A stretch of 64,000 bases of DNA from positions 354,474 through 418,473 of the forward strand of contig CP065011.1 of assembly GCA_016699795.1 (NCBI GenBank), given 5' to 3'. The stretch is from Candidatus Moraniibacteriota bacterium (GTDB taxonomy: Bacteria > Patescibacteriota > Minisyncoccia > Moranbacterales > GCA-2747515). The position numbers and the translations under genes were made by a program. The notes below the pieces were generated by a model, which ran no database searches, had not been told where the DNA came from, and was given only the letters and a program-made list of their open reading frames with translations. Positions 1-10,650 of this stretch are shown in pieces; the first letter of the stretch is position 1; each line of letters opens with the position of its first letter.

Positions 1-2305
1 TTGTAACGTTAGCAGTTGATTGCAAATTATTACCATAAGAAGCTGTAATTTTAGCAGCTCCCGCACGAAGACCTGTCACAGTAACTACTTCTGAATAATT
101 TGAAACTTTAACATTAGAAGATGCTGATTCCCAAACAACACGTTGGGAAACGCCATCATCAGAGTAGGGTGTCTTACATGATATCTGATTGAGTTCTTCA
201 CGAGAATTTCTTTTATATATTCGAGCTTGCAGTTGAGTCTTTCCACCGACTTTTATCGATACTGAGGTTGGACAAATGAGTAATTTTTCGTAATTTGCTG
301 TAGAAGGGGAAGAATTGTTATTTGAAGGATTAGTATTTTGACGTAATGTTATTCTTCTCATATAAAGATCATCTGCGTCATATTTGCTCGCCTGTTTTCT
401 TGGCCAGATAACGAAAAAGGTATTTCCCACTTTAAAACTATCTTTATTTGAAGGAACGCTTTCATTTACAATAGTAGAATAAAATGTCCATTCACCATTT
501 TTTTGACGATTATCCACTGTAGCTAAAGATGACCAATGTATTCCGTCTGATGATTGCATTAGTTTTACCAAACCATTCACAGACCCTTGAGTCATAAGAT
601 ATTTTCCATTACTTGCGGAAACTGTAGCATCCGTGTGACTATCACTAAGATCTCCCAATGGACTACCCGCGCCAGTAAGTCCATTTTCAACCCAAGCTCC
701 GTTATTATATTTTTTCCAACTCGTAACTTTTCCCTGCGTAGCATTATTAAGAACATCTTGTATATTCGCACGAGCAACAGCAACGTATTTAGTATTACTT
801 GTATTATCCCAAAAATACGTATAGAAATATTCACCAGCAAGAAGAACAGGTGTTCCACCAAGATTACCATTAGCATCACCTGTATCAATTTTTGCTTTTA
901 TAATTTCCCCTATAAACTTCCATGATTCTCCTTTATCGGTAGAGGTCATGAGTCCTATAGAGTATTGCTCAGTTTTTGCTTGATAATTATTACATTCTTT
1001 AAATTTTTCAACATGTACAAAACCCAACCAAAAATTCTCTGATTTTTGGTAAATATTTTCTATCCAGATACCTGCACAAGCATACTGTTTAAAGAAATTT
1101 CCCATGTCAATATAATCTCTATTATTTTTTTGCCATACAAGTCTTTTAAAAGGTTCGCTTCCATAGAGATTTCCTTTAAATTTCGTTGTTTGACCTGAAG
1201 TTGCAACGAAAAAATCCATTTCGGATGCACTCCCCCCAATAGTTGCCATGCTCGAATCCATAGTAACCGGCATTTGAGCATCGTTATAAAGTAATGTTAT
1301 AGGACTCATAGAAACACCTGTCGTGTAATTATACGTAGTGGGTGAATAAAGTAATTCTTTCTCTTGTCCACTATTTGAATTTTTTGCTGTTATTTTCAAA
1401 GAGTGCTCCCCTGATTGATAAGCTTCGGGTATAGTCCATCTAAATCCATAATTCCCTCCAAGATCAGCTCGATACCGATTAGCAGTTTGTTCCCCTCTTT
1501 TTACACCATCAATATAAAACATTACTTGTAGACTTTTTGAAGGAGCTTCGTTATCTCGCGACCATCCTTCTACAATATTATTATCTAGATCAATAGAATC
1601 AGCAGCTCCTTCTGGAAGTTTTGAATTTTTAAGGATTTTCAATTCTTTCCATGCAGCCCAATCATATGAAACTGATGCTCCAGCATCAGCTCCCATAAAA
1701 ATCGTTATTGTTTTCCCAGCAAAAGGAGAAAGATCAATTTCTACTGTTTCAAGAGATCCTGTATATATTTTCGTTTTTGAAAAAAGATTTATCCATTGTC
1801 CATTTTCTTGAAAAGATGCGAAAAAATGAATACCATCAGAAGTTCTCATTTTTTCAACTTCACCTTGTGTATATCCAAAAACTGCTCGTAAGACAGGTTT
1901 TTCAACCGCACTCGGAATAGTGATATTACTAAAGGCTCCGTGTGTAAAACCATTACTTATCCATTTGGGATGTGTAAATAAAACAGTTGCTGTTGTTCCA
2001 TCTTCTAATCGTTGTCCAGGAATAAGCAAACGCGCTCCCTCTGGATCAGAAGCGATAGAAGGCCATGAAACTCCTCCCGCATTATTATGCCAATAAGCAG
2101 AAGGTGCTAAAGAAAGAAAATCATATGCAATTGATTGAGTCGCAGGAGCTGACCCAGCATTACTAAAAGAAAGATCCATGGAAAGAGAAGAAAGAAAAGA
2201 AAGTAATGGGAGGTTTTTTCTTTGCAAAAAAAGAAGACTTCCAAAAAAAACGATACTTACTAAAAAAAGAATAAGGATGCTTTTATTATTTTTATTTTTT
2301 TTCAT
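1..2305 (-). CDS. Secreted BNR/Asp-box repeat protein with C-terminal bacterial Ig-like (Big_2-like) domain. C-terminus runs off window start
   Basis: Hand translation of the minus strand from ATG at 2305 gives MKKNKNNKSILILFLVSIVFFGSLLF (signal/TM), then a continuous frame down to position 1. The ORF track omits it because it has no in-window stop. Asp-box-like motifs STDKGESW and SSDGIHW are present. The C-terminal segment with VTVTGLRAGAAKITASYG resembles a Big_2 domain. Confidence 0.5.
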   Translation of the reverse strand, partial: MKKNKNNKSILILFLVSIVFFGSLLFLQRKNLPLLSFLSSLSMDLSFSNAGSAPATQSIAYDFLSLAPSAYWHNNAGGVSWPSIASDPEGARLLIPGQRLEDGTTATVLFTHPKWISNGFTHGAFSNITIPSAVEKPVLRAVFGYTQGEVEKMRTSDGIHFFASFQENGQWINLFSKTKIYTGSLETVEIDLSPFAGKTITIFMGADAGASVSYDWAAWKELKILKNSKLPEGAADSIDLDNNIVEGWSRDNEAPSKSLQVMFYIDGVKRGEQTANRYRADLGGNYGFRWTIPEAYQSGEHSLKITAKNSNSGQEKELLYSPTTYNYTTGVSMSPITLLYNDAQMPVTMDSSMATIGGSASEMDFFVATSGQTTKFKGNLYGSEPFKRLVWQKNNRDYIDMGNFFKQYACAGIWIENIYQKSENFWLGFVHVEKFKECNNYQAKTEQYSIGLMTSTDKGESWKFIGEIIKAKIDTGDANGNLGGTPVLLAGEYFYTYFWDNTSNTKYVAVARANIQDVLNNATQGKVTSWKKYNNGAWVENGLTGAGSPLGDLSDSHTDATVSASNGKYLMTQGSVNGLVKLMQSSDGIHWSSLATVDNRQKNGEWTFYSTIVNESVPSNKDSFKVGNTFFVIWPRKQASKYDADDLYMRRITLRQNTNPSNNNSSPSTANYEKLLICPTSVSIKVGGKTQLQARIYKRNSREELNQISCKTPYSDDGVSQRVVWESASSNVKVSNYSEVVTVTGLRAGAAKITASYGNNLQSTANVT

Positions 2306-2606
2306 ATCAAGAGAATGATAGTAAATTAATAACTATTATCTTAGAAAACGTATACAAAAGTATTATATCATGTTTTATAAGAATTACCCCCTTAGCATAT
2401 TTTCTTTCCATTAATAGATAATTTCTTACTCACAGATAAAGATTCTTTATTCTCAAATAATTCACTGTCTCTCTCTACTATATCTTTTCTCAAATATACA
2501 TCCTTAGCTTTAGAAAAAAACTTCAAAAAGAAAAATGCTATATTTAAAAAAGATACTTTTTTAAAAAGTATCTTTTTTAGAAACCTCTTAATAGAGTAAT
2601 TTTTTT

Positions 2607-3512
2607 CTAAAAAATATCATCTACTTCTTCATATACAGATTTCAAAACAGACACGGCATCTTTTACCCCTGTCTTATACGTATCATTCGCTTTTTTTATT
2701 GCACCAAGATATGCATTTCGAGCAGTCTCTCTTTGACTTTTCGTTTCAGACCCAAATTGCTTAAGCATTTCTGAAAGGGCTTCTCTTGCTCCAGAAAGAT
2801 CAGTTTTAAGCTGTGTTCGGATTTCTGAAAATTCCTGCCCGCCTTCACAAGATTTAGTGGCGGTTTCTATTGCTGTTCGAATAGACTCCTCATACGTAGC
2901 ATAAAAAGTATTAACTTGCTCTTTATACGAATCAGTCACAAGAGCGTCCCATGAAGCTCTATAGTTTTTTCTTGCAGTTGCAACTTCTGTTTGTCGATTT
3001 AAAGCGAGAGTTTCCATAGTTTTTTGAAATTTCTCAACAGCGTCTTTTTGTTCTTGAGTTTTTGCCTCACTCAAAAGTTTTTCATATATTCTTTGTCTAT
3101 TTTTCAAAGCCTCCTGCACTTTCTGCTCATAAGTAGAATCCGTTTGATTTCTCATTTGCATGGTAACTTGCTCACGATTTTGTATTCTTTTCAAAAAAGC
3201 TCCTTGCTTTACATCTATATTTTTAAGAAAATTCATTTTTTCTTTTGCGAACGTTTCACATGTTTTTATCTGTCTTTGTTCTTTTATTTCTTCCCTCTTT
3301 TCTTCACGGTTATTAATTTTCTCTTGCATTTTCTCATTTCTCTCTTCTGCTTGTATAGTCTTTTTCTCAACATTTTTTGCTCCCATACCCTCACCCGTAC
3401 CGTTAGAATTCTCTCCTTGAGCTAAAACAGACGCTGAAAAAACCATTCCTCCAAAAAGGAATAAAAAGAAAGAATAAAAAATAGCTTGTTTATTTTTCAT
3501 ATATTTATTCAT
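2607..3512 (-). CDS. Hypothetical secreted coiled-coil protein, Glu/Lys/Gln-rich
   Basis: 301-aa ORF. N-terminal hydrophobic signal (FFLFLFGGMVFSASVLA) is followed by a highly charged heptad-like sequence. Confidence 0.4.
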   Translation of the reverse strand: MNKYMKNKQAIFYSFFLFLFGGMVFSASVLAQGENSNGTGEGMGAKNVEKKTIQAEERNEKMQEKINNREEKREEIKEQRQIKTCETFAKEKMNFLKNIDVKQGAFLKRIQNREQVTMQMRNQTDSTYEQKVQEALKNRQRIYEKLLSEAKTQEQKDAVEKFQKTMETLALNRQTEVATARKNYRASWDALVTDSYKEQVNTFYATYEESIRTAIETATKSCEGGQEFSEIRTQLKTDLSGAREALSEMLKQFGSETKSQRETARNAYLGAIKKANDTYKTGVKDAVSVLKSVYEEVDDIF

Positions 3513-3852
3513 TCAATAATGTATTAATTTCTTCTTCCATCTGAATAGCTTCTTTTTCCAAACCAAAAGCTTCTTCTGAAGAGATCTCTTCTTCCAAAGA
3601 TTTATTAAGAGCCTCGTCAGATGCTAATGTTTCTTCAATAACAGCAGCCTCTAAAGGAAAAGATTTTTTTGAATTTTCATCATAAAGATTTTCTTTATTA
3701 TTATTCTTATTTTGTCCCATTGTCTGAGGATTATTCAGTCCTTTAGACATTCCTCCATTCATAAAAACAAAAGAAATAAGAACAATTGCGACCAAAGCTA
3801 AACTCATAAGGGCCACAGTGAGAATCTTTATCTTTTTTTCTTCTTGAGCCAT
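3505..3852 (-). CDS. Small single-pass membrane protein, hypothetical
   Basis: 115 aa with one TM (ILTVALMSLALVAIVLISFVF). Overlaps the downstream gene by 8 nt, suggesting translational coupling. Confidence 0.35.
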   Translation of the reverse strand: MAQEEKKIKILTVALMSLALVAIVLISFVFMNGGMSKGLNNPQTMGQNKNNNKENLYDENSKKSFPLEAAVIEETLASDEALNKSLEEEISSEEAFGLEKEAIQMEEEINTLLNE

Positions 3853-3921
3853 ACTACGTACTTTTTAATTATTTTTATCTTACCCTCTTATAATAACACA
3901 TTTTTCCAAAAAAAAATTCAT

Positions 3922-5214
3922 TTACATATTTTTATATTGTTTAGCAAGGTTCTGAATTCCCGGAGCATAATTAGTATAACCATAGCATGTCCAACCGAGA
4001 TATCGCATAGAAGCGTACACCTCCCACTTTACGTTCACACTTTTTTTATTACAAGGATTCTTTATACTCACTTCACCACTTTTTGTCGCTCCATCATTAG
4101 CAAGTTTTAATGCCATTGCTACAGTACCATCCAAAAGACTCCATGGGTCTGGAGGGTTATGCCCCGTATTTGAAGCGATTTTTGCTTTATAGCCTGCCCA
4201 TGTATCTGGCATAAATTGAGCTACTCCCATAGCACCCCCCGAACCAGGATAACTTTTTGAAGCGCATGAAACGGGTCGTTTTTTATAATCTGCATTTAAT
4301 TCTTCACAGATTTCTTTGAAATATTTTTTTCTCGTTTCATTCATACTAGCATTACTATACGTACAACGTCCTGCCAAAGGATTTCCTCCTGATTCCATCG
4401 ACATAACACCGAAAAGAAAACCTTCACGAACACCTGTAGCTTTTGCAGCAAACTTGATAGCATCTTTTATTTGTCCTGTATCATAAGCCTTTCCAAGAAT
4501 CTGATTGAGGCTTGATTGCAATTTGGCCATTTCTTTTTTAAGATCTTCGATCGTTGCTTCTGTTTGAGCTATCTTTTTTTCATGAGTTACTTTCTCAGAA
4601 GTAAGGTCTTGCGCTTCATCTTGCTTTTCATCTAGTACTTCTTCTTTTTCTTGCTTGATAACTTCTAATACTTTTTTTTCCTCTGCGATTTGAGTTTTTG
4701 TTATTTCAATATCCTTCATCATTTCACTCATACGCGCCTGAAGCATTACGTGAGCATCTTCAATTTGAGTAGCCTGAGCAAACATACCGTCTTGAGAAAG
4801 AACACTTGCCAAAGAAGTTTGTGATGTTCGATATAAATTTTGAATGATTCCAGAAAGTATGGCGCGTTGAAGAATAAGTCTTTTTTTCAATGATTCTATT
4901 TCTTCCACTTTTCTCTCCAAAACAGTTTTTGTTTTTTTTAATTCCCCCTGAACTTCTTTAATTTCTCCCACTGTAGAATTAAGTTCTTTTATTATGGTTC
5001 CGTGACTTTTTTCAAGTGTTTCTTTTTTTTCTAATTGTTCTTTAATTTCTTCTTTTACTTCTTTAATATCTTTCTCAACGTCCTCAGGATCTTTCGCAAA
5101 AGTATATTCCGCAAAAGAAAAAAAGGATAAAGCTATTCCCAAAAAGAATACTTTTTTTATCACCTCTTTATAATTCTTCTTCTCGTAGTTTTGCATACTT
5201 TTAGTATACAACAT
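3922..5214 (-). CDS. Lytic murein transglycosylase-like protein (SLT/MltB-type catalytic domain) with N-terminal coiled coil
   Basis: The motif MSMESGGNP...GAMGVAQFMPDTW is typical of the lytic transglycosylase catalytic domain. An N-terminal TM and a long coiled-coil segment precede it. Confidence 0.6.
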   Translation of the reverse strand: MLYTKSMQNYEKKNYKEVIKKVFFLGIALSFFSFAEYTFAKDPEDVEKDIKEVKEEIKEQLEKKETLEKSHGTIIKELNSTVGEIKEVQGELKKTKTVLERKVEEIESLKKRLILQRAILSGIIQNLYRTSQTSLASVLSQDGMFAQATQIEDAHVMLQARMSEMMKDIEITKTQIAEEKKVLEVIKQEKEEVLDEKQDEAQDLTSEKVTHEKKIAQTEATIEDLKKEMAKLQSSLNQILGKAYDTGQIKDAIKFAAKATGVREGFLFGVMSMESGGNPLAGRCTYSNASMNETRKKYFKEICEELNADYKKRPVSCASKSYPGSGGAMGVAQFMPDTWAGYKAKIASNTGHNPPDPWSLLDGTVAMALKLANDGATKSGEVSIKNPCNKKSVNVKWEVYASMRYLGWTCYGYTNYAPGIQNLAKQYKNM

Positions 5215-5396
5215 AATTAATTTGAATGCCTAATATTCATTTCTTTTTTTCTTATTCATCTCTATAAAAAGAATAAAAGATAACAAAAAAGAATAAAAGA
5301 TAACACCATTATTGTAGAATAAAAAACGTCTTTCCCCTGAGGAGAAAAACGTTTTTTACTCTACTGAAGTCTTTTCAAAGAAATAATTTCTTCTTT

Positions 5397-6035
5397 CTAT
5401 TCTACAATCTCTTCTTTCTTTCCCTTCTCCGCAACTTCTACTTTGGTAACATCCACATCGGAAGAAAGATTTTCTTCTTCTTCTGTTCTTGGTCTTGAGA
5501 CAGAAGCTACTATTGAATCTGGTGCTGTAAGAATTTCAACACCCTCTGGTACGGAAAGTTCACCTACATGAATAAAATCATCAAACGTTTTTAATTTAGA
5601 AATATCTACCGTAATGGAAGAAGGTAGGTTCGAAGGTAATGCTTTTATATCAATTCCATTCAATCCTGTAACAAAAATTCCGCCCTCTTCTTTTACAGCG
5701 CTTGATTCACCAATAAATTCAAATTCTACCCAAGTCTCTACAGCTTCGTTCATTGAAACAGCATAAAAATCTATATGCATCATTTCTCCACTCAAAGGAT
5801 GATATTCAATATCACGAACAAGAACATCAAAACCTTTTTTGTCAGAAGTCTGAATATGAAAAATTGTTGATTCCCCTGCTTGAGAAAATATTTTTCCAAA
5901 AATTTTCTTATCAACTGCGATAGACACTGACGTTATTTTTTTTCCATAAATAACAGCAGGAACAAATCCTTCTTCTCTAATTTTTTTAGGAGTTTTTCCT
6001 TCTCGAAACTCTCCAGCTACAGCAATTGTCTTCAT
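5397..6035 (-). CDS. rplY: 50S ribosomal protein bL25 / general stress protein Ctc
   Basis: N-terminus MKTIAVAGEFREGKTPKKIREEGFVPAVIYGK...VSIAVD matches the L25/Ctc family. Acidic C-terminal tail. Confidence 0.8.
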   Translation of the reverse strand: MKTIAVAGEFREGKTPKKIREEGFVPAVIYGKKITSVSIAVDKKIFGKIFSQAGESTIFHIQTSDKKGFDVLVRDIEYHPLSGEMMHIDFYAVSMNEAVETWVEFEFIGESSAVKEEGGIFVTGLNGIDIKALPSNLPSSITVDISKLKTFDDFIHVGELSVPEGVEILTAPDSIVASVSRPRTEEEENLSSDVDVTKVEVAEKGKKEEIVE

Positions 6036-6043
6036 AATAATTT

Positions 6044-6370
6044 TTATACAAACAAATCTTTTACACCCACTTGGGAATTTTTAAAAGCACTATATAAAGA
6101 AAGAATTTCATCACCAGAAATTGCTGACTTTTGTGAGAGAAAACTCTTCGCTTCTTTGCGAGTAAGATCGGTAAGCATTCCCATACCAACCATTCCTGAT
6201 GCATTTACCCGAATAGAAACTAAAAGTGCTGTTTCACAATGATGACAAAAAAAATGAAGGATGCTCCCTCCTTGATTCTGCGCAATTGTCTCCATCCCAT
6301 CCGACTGATCATACTCATTCGAACAGACAGGACATTGTGTCGGATATCCTTGAATAAGAGAAAAATTCAT
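6044..6370 (-). CDS. Hypothetical zinc-ribbon protein
   Basis: 108 aa with CPVC ... CHHC cysteine pairs. Confidence 0.35.
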   Translation of the reverse strand: MNFSLIQGYPTQCPVCSNEYDQSDGMETIAQNQGGSILHFFCHHCETALLVSIRVNASGMVGMGMLTDLTRKEAKSFLSQKSAISGDEILSLYSAFKNSQVGVKDLFV

Positions 6371-6403
6371 ATTACCCTCTCATTTATAACGAGATGAAGA
6401 TTA

Positions 6404-7540
6404 TCACAACATTTGACTATCGTCAAGAATTTTTCGTTCTTTCGAGCTTGCGATAAATCTTTTATGATAAGCAATATTAGCCACCAACCCCAAAGCGAAT
6501 GCTGTGGCCAAAAGAGAGCTTCCTCCATAACTCAAAAGAGGCAATGGGATACCTGTAACTGGAACAAGCCCAATATTCATACCTATATTGATCATGATTT
6601 GTATAAAAAACATACAAAAAACACCCGACGCAATAAGAAAACCAAAACTATCTCCTGCTGTCATTGCAATCAATGCAATACGATAGAGAAGAATACTATA
6701 AAGCAAAAGAATAAAAAATGCCCCAAACACACCAAAACTTTCCACTATGGAAGCGAAAATAAAATCGGTGTGTGATTCTGGAAGAAAGGCTAATTGTGAT
6801 TGAGAGCCACTTCCTACACCTTTTCCAAAAAGACCCCCCGAACCAACTGCAATTATAGATTGCATAACATTATAACCACTTCCAAGAGCATCTTCTTCGG
6901 GACGAATAGTTGTAAAAATTCTGTCTTTTTGATAATCCTCAAGAAAAAACCACGAACTAAATGCTCCAAAAAAAGCAATAGCTATCATAGCAAAAACATA
7001 TTTAACTTTCATATCAGATACAAAAAGCATTCCTGCCCAAATAAAAAGAAGAACGATTGCCGATCCCAAATCAGGTTGTAAAAGAACGAGTCCTACAAGA
7101 GCAAATACTAAAACACACGAAACAATAATCCTTCCTATATCCCCAAAAGTTGCTCGCTTTGCAACGAAAAAACTTGCCAAGAAAAGAACGAGAACAACTT
7201 TTACCATTTCCACAGGCTGTAAACGAAAAAAGCCTAAATCAATCCATCCAGAAGTTCCTCGAATACCTTCAAAAAAAAGTACAACCACAAGAAAAGCGAT
7301 GCCCAAAAAATAAAGCGCTGTACTTATTTTCTTTAAAGCTCGATATGAAATGTGAAACATGAGAAAAAAAACAGAAATAGAAATTCCTGAAAAAACAAGT
7401 TGTTTTAAGAAGAATTGCGATCCATCATTGTTTTTCCCCGCATCAAAACCATATAAAGTAACTAATCCTAAAAGAAGAAGAAGGAAAGAAGAAGAAATTA
7501 ATACAAGGATATCTGAAATTCCTCGTTTCAATATACCCAT
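6404..7540 (-). CDS. SEDS-family peptidoglycan glycosyltransferase FtsW/RodA
   Basis: Polytopic membrane protein of about 10 TM with conserved SEDS segments (GSGSQSQLAFLPESHTDFIFA, LPLLSYGGSSLL). Confidence 0.8.
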   Translation of the reverse strand: MGILKRGISDILVLISSSFLLLLLGLVTLYGFDAGKNNDGSQFFLKQLVFSGISISVFFLMFHISYRALKKISTALYFLGIAFLVVVLFFEGIRGTSGWIDLGFFRLQPVEMVKVVLVLFLASFFVAKRATFGDIGRIIVSCVLVFALVGLVLLQPDLGSAIVLLFIWAGMLFVSDMKVKYVFAMIAIAFFGAFSSWFFLEDYQKDRIFTTIRPEEDALGSGYNVMQSIIAVGSGGLFGKGVGSGSQSQLAFLPESHTDFIFASIVESFGVFGAFFILLLYSILLYRIALIAMTAGDSFGFLIASGVFCMFFIQIMINIGMNIGLVPVTGIPLPLLSYGGSSLLATAFALGLVANIAYHKRFIASSKERKILDDSQML

Positions 7541-7567
7541 ATATCCTATTAAGAAATTTTTATCTTT

Positions 7568-8398
7568 TTATTTTTTCTCATAGTCTTGAAATTTTCCACT
7601 AGGAAAAAATATCTTAATGAAATTTTGATTTTCAAACATATTTGTTATAGCAAGTATATCAATTGAGGCAACTTTTTCCTTGATAACATTCATCCAATAA
7701 ACGGGGAAATCTCTTTTTTCACCAGCTTTCACCGTTTGCATATCTGTCCTATTAACTCCGATAATTTTTCCAGCATCATCACGAAGTACTACAAATATTT
7801 CTATTGTTTCAAAATCATAAGGACTCTCATTCCAAACAAGACCCTTAGCCACAGCATAATTAGCTCCTGAGGAAGAAATTTCAAAAGATTTATTTGTTAC
7901 ATTAAGTTTGGGAGATTCGTATTCAGAAAATTCTTCCCAAGCAATAGTATCAATAATCAATTCAACACTTGACGGCTCCTTTATTGATTCAACTTCGAGA
8001 AGGATAAGGTATCTTTCTTGAGCAGGAAGGATATAAGTTGTATCTGAAACAGAACGAATAATATTTTTTTGCTCATCCAAAAGATTAAAAGTATAAGAAA
8101 ATGAACCTGAACCAAAAAGATTATTCGTATTTTTTATACGAGCAACAAGATCAAATTTTCCAAGTGAAACAGGAACAGCTGCTGTTTCTAAAATTTCAAC
8201 ATCTCTCGCTTCTACCACAGGACTACATAAAGGACAAACACCTCCACAATCAACGTAAAGTTCATTTTGATTTAATTTTTTATCTGTACATGAGGGCTCG
8301 GGTATAAAGAAAAAATCTGCGAAAGCACCTGCTAAAAATAGGAATATAAGCACAAAAATACTTGCATAAAAGAAACGTTTTTTTTCTCGAGTAAACAT
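7568..8398 (-). CDS. Hypothetical membrane-anchored protein
   Basis: 276 aa with an N-terminal TM and a cysteine cluster CTD...CGGVCPLC. No recognisable family. Confidence 0.35.
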   Translation of the reverse strand: MFTREKKRFFYASIFVLIFLFLAGAFADFFFIPEPSCTDKKLNQNELYVDCGGVCPLCSPVVEARDVEILETAAVPVSLGKFDLVARIKNTNNLFGSGSFSYTFNLLDEQKNIIRSVSDTTYILPAQERYLILLEVESIKEPSSVELIIDTIAWEEFSEYESPKLNVTNKSFEISSSGANYAVAKGLVWNESPYDFETIEIFVVLRDDAGKIIGVNRTDMQTVKAGEKRDFPVYWMNVIKEKVASIDILAITNMFENQNFIKIFFPSGKFQDYEKK

Positions 8399-8471
8399 AA
8401 AAATAGATACTATTTATTTATATATTTTCATAATAGCACAAAAACGTCCTTTTGGGACGTTTTTGTTAATC

Positions 8472-8599
8472 TGGATATAACCTGCAGTGTTCTCGGCACC
8501 GACCTACTCTCCCCCCAAGGGGGTACCATCGGCGCTGGAGCACTTAACTGCTGTGTTCGGGATGGGAACAGGTGTACCCGCTCCGCTCAAGGCACCGAG
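8472..8599 (-). rRNA. rrf: 5S rRNA
   Basis: The reverse complement contains the 5S hallmarks CCCATCCCGAACACAG, GTTAAGTG, CGCCGATGGTAC and GAGAGTAGGTCGGTGCC, with the terminal helix closed by CTGCAGTGTTCTCGG/CCGAGAACACTGCAG. Confidence 0.8.
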
Positions 8600-8837
8600 A
8601 ACACTGCAGATTATATTTCGAAAAATTGACAAAGGAACTTCACTTCACTAACCGATACCCTTTTGTTGGAGTCAAAAAACTCAAACAAAAGGAAAAAAAA
8701 TGAGATTTTAAAGATTATTACATTTATTAGTACTCCTCGACTGAACCCCTTGCAGGGCGTACATCTGGAGCCTATCAACCTGATCATCTTTCAGGAAATG
8801 TTTTCGGCGCGAACGCCGAAACTTGCCTCATCTTAAG

Positions 8838-8875
<38 letters not shown>

Positions 8876-9060
8876 TCCGAACGTAGCTACTCGACAGTGC
8901 CGCTGGCGCGACAGCCGATACACCAGAGGTTCGTTCTTTCCGGTCCTCTCGTACTAGGAAAGACTCCCTTCAAGCAAGGACGCCTACGGCAGATAGAAAC
9001 CAACCTGTCTCACGACGGTTTGAACCCAGCTCGCGTACCACTTTAATTGGCGAACAGCCA

Positions 9061-9119
<59 letters not shown>

Positions 9120-9150
9120 GCGCCGTCGATATGAACTCTTGGGCGCGATA

Positions 9151-9181
<31 letters not shown>

Positions 9182-9406
9182 ATGATCTTCCACACTCCTA
9201 CATGTGATGGTCGGTTCACTAACTTCCACTTTCGTGACTGAGCGACTTGTAAGTCTTTCAGTAAAGCTGGCTTCTGCGTTTGCACTACCAGAGCGATTTC
9301 CATCCGCTCCTAGCCAACCTTTGTAAACGCCTCCGTTACTTTTTGGGAGGCGACCGCCCCAGTCAAACTACCCACCAGGCACTGTCCCCGGACCGGTAGT
9401 TATACT

Positions 9407-9582
9407 CAAAAAAGAGTGAAGACTGGAAGAAAAGATAAAAGAAAAAATCTTTTATCTTAATAATTCAAAAAAAATATTTTCCATGCTTAATGTTGGAAAA
9501 ATTACCTATTTCGTTTTGCTTACTCTCAGCCTTCGGATCCGTTTAAGTATATCTAACGGCCCAGGGTGAGAATAAAAATTTC
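9407..9582 (-). other. AT-rich expansion or intervening sequence inside 23S domain V (helix 78/79 region by eye-alignment to E. coli)
   Basis: About 175 nt of about 25% GC sequence interrupts otherwise conserved 23S blocks. E. coli has about 45 nt here. Confidence 0.5.
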
Positions 9583-10559
9583 AGCAGAGTGGTATTCCAT
9601 TGGCGACTCCACTTCAACCAAAGTCAAAGTTTCAAAGTCTCCCACCTATGCTCGGCAACTAAAATTTCTATTCAATACCAAGTTGTAGTAAAGCTCCACG
9701 GGGTCTTTTCGTCTTGCCGTAGGAAGGGGGCATCTTTACCCCCGCTGCGATTTCACCGAGCTTCTCGTTGAGACAGTTCCCAACTCGTTACACCTTTCAT
9801 GCGGGTCGGAATTTACCCGACAAGGAATTTCGCTACCTTAGAACGATTATAGTTATCGCTGACGTTCACTGGCGCTTCGGGGATTGGCGTGAACCGCTCC
9901 CGTTAACGTTCCAGCACTGGTCAGGTGTCAGCCCCTATACATCAGCTTTCGCTTTAGCAGGGACCTGTGTTTTTGGTAAACAGTCGATTGGGATCTTTCG
10001 CTGCGCCCCACCCTTTGCAAGCAAAGAGCGGGGAAGGCATATCCCTAAGTTACGCCTAGCTGTTTTGCCGAGTTCCTTAACGAGAAATCACTCATTCGCC
10101 TTGGGCTACTCGCCCTGTCCACCTGTGTCGGTTTTCGGTACGGACAATATATTACGAACCTTAGAAGTTTTTCCCGGTACCGCGCTCCCTTTTCTTCTCT
10201 CTTGCAAGCAAGAGATTCGGATGATACCTCGAATTATTGTGTGGCGGATTTACCTACCACACATTCTCGATACCCCCACGCAAATCCAATAATGCGCAAA
10301 AGGTACAGCAATACGTCACTCCATCGAATAATATATTGGTGCCGGAATATTAACCGGCTGTCCATCGACTACGCCTTTCGGCCTCGCCTTAGGATCGACT
10401 TACCCCGGGATGATTATCATAGCCCGGGAAACCTTGGACTTTCGGCGTCTTGGAATCTCACCAAGATTGCGGTTACTCATGCCAGCATTCTCACTTCCTT
10501 GCGCTCCACCGCGGGTCACCCCTACGACTTCAGTGCACAAGGAACGCTCTCCTACCAAT

Positions 10560-10650
10560 CGTTTACGTCTTATTTTACACAAAACAAAAAACATATTCAT
10601 TTATAAAAAAATGAATACTTACGTCTTATTTAAAATAAGACGTAAACGAT
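10560..10650 (-). other. Intervening sequence (IVS) hairpin replacing 23S helix 45
   Basis: The palindromic pair CGTTTACGTCTTATTTTAC ... GTAAAATAAGACGTAAACG sits between conserved CACCGAAG and GGTAGGAGAGCGTTC blocks, which is the classic helix-45 IVS site. Confidence 0.55.

Noticed and set aside
1-2305. The apparent absence of any long ORF in the first 2.3 kb suggested an alternative genetic code (for example UGA=Gly as in Gracilibacteria/SR1) or a pseudogene
   Set aside because: Hand translation from ATG at 2305 on the minus strand is open all the way to position 1. The ORF is simply unterminated within the window, so the track skipped it. EF-G, the 1629-aa protein and other long genes contain no in-frame TGA, which supports the standard code.
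3024-3425. Plus-strand ORFs (133 and 86 aa) inside the coiled-coil gene
   Set aside because: They are the antisense of a charged repetitive gene. Phe/Leu-rich low complexity is typical of AT-rich antisense frames.
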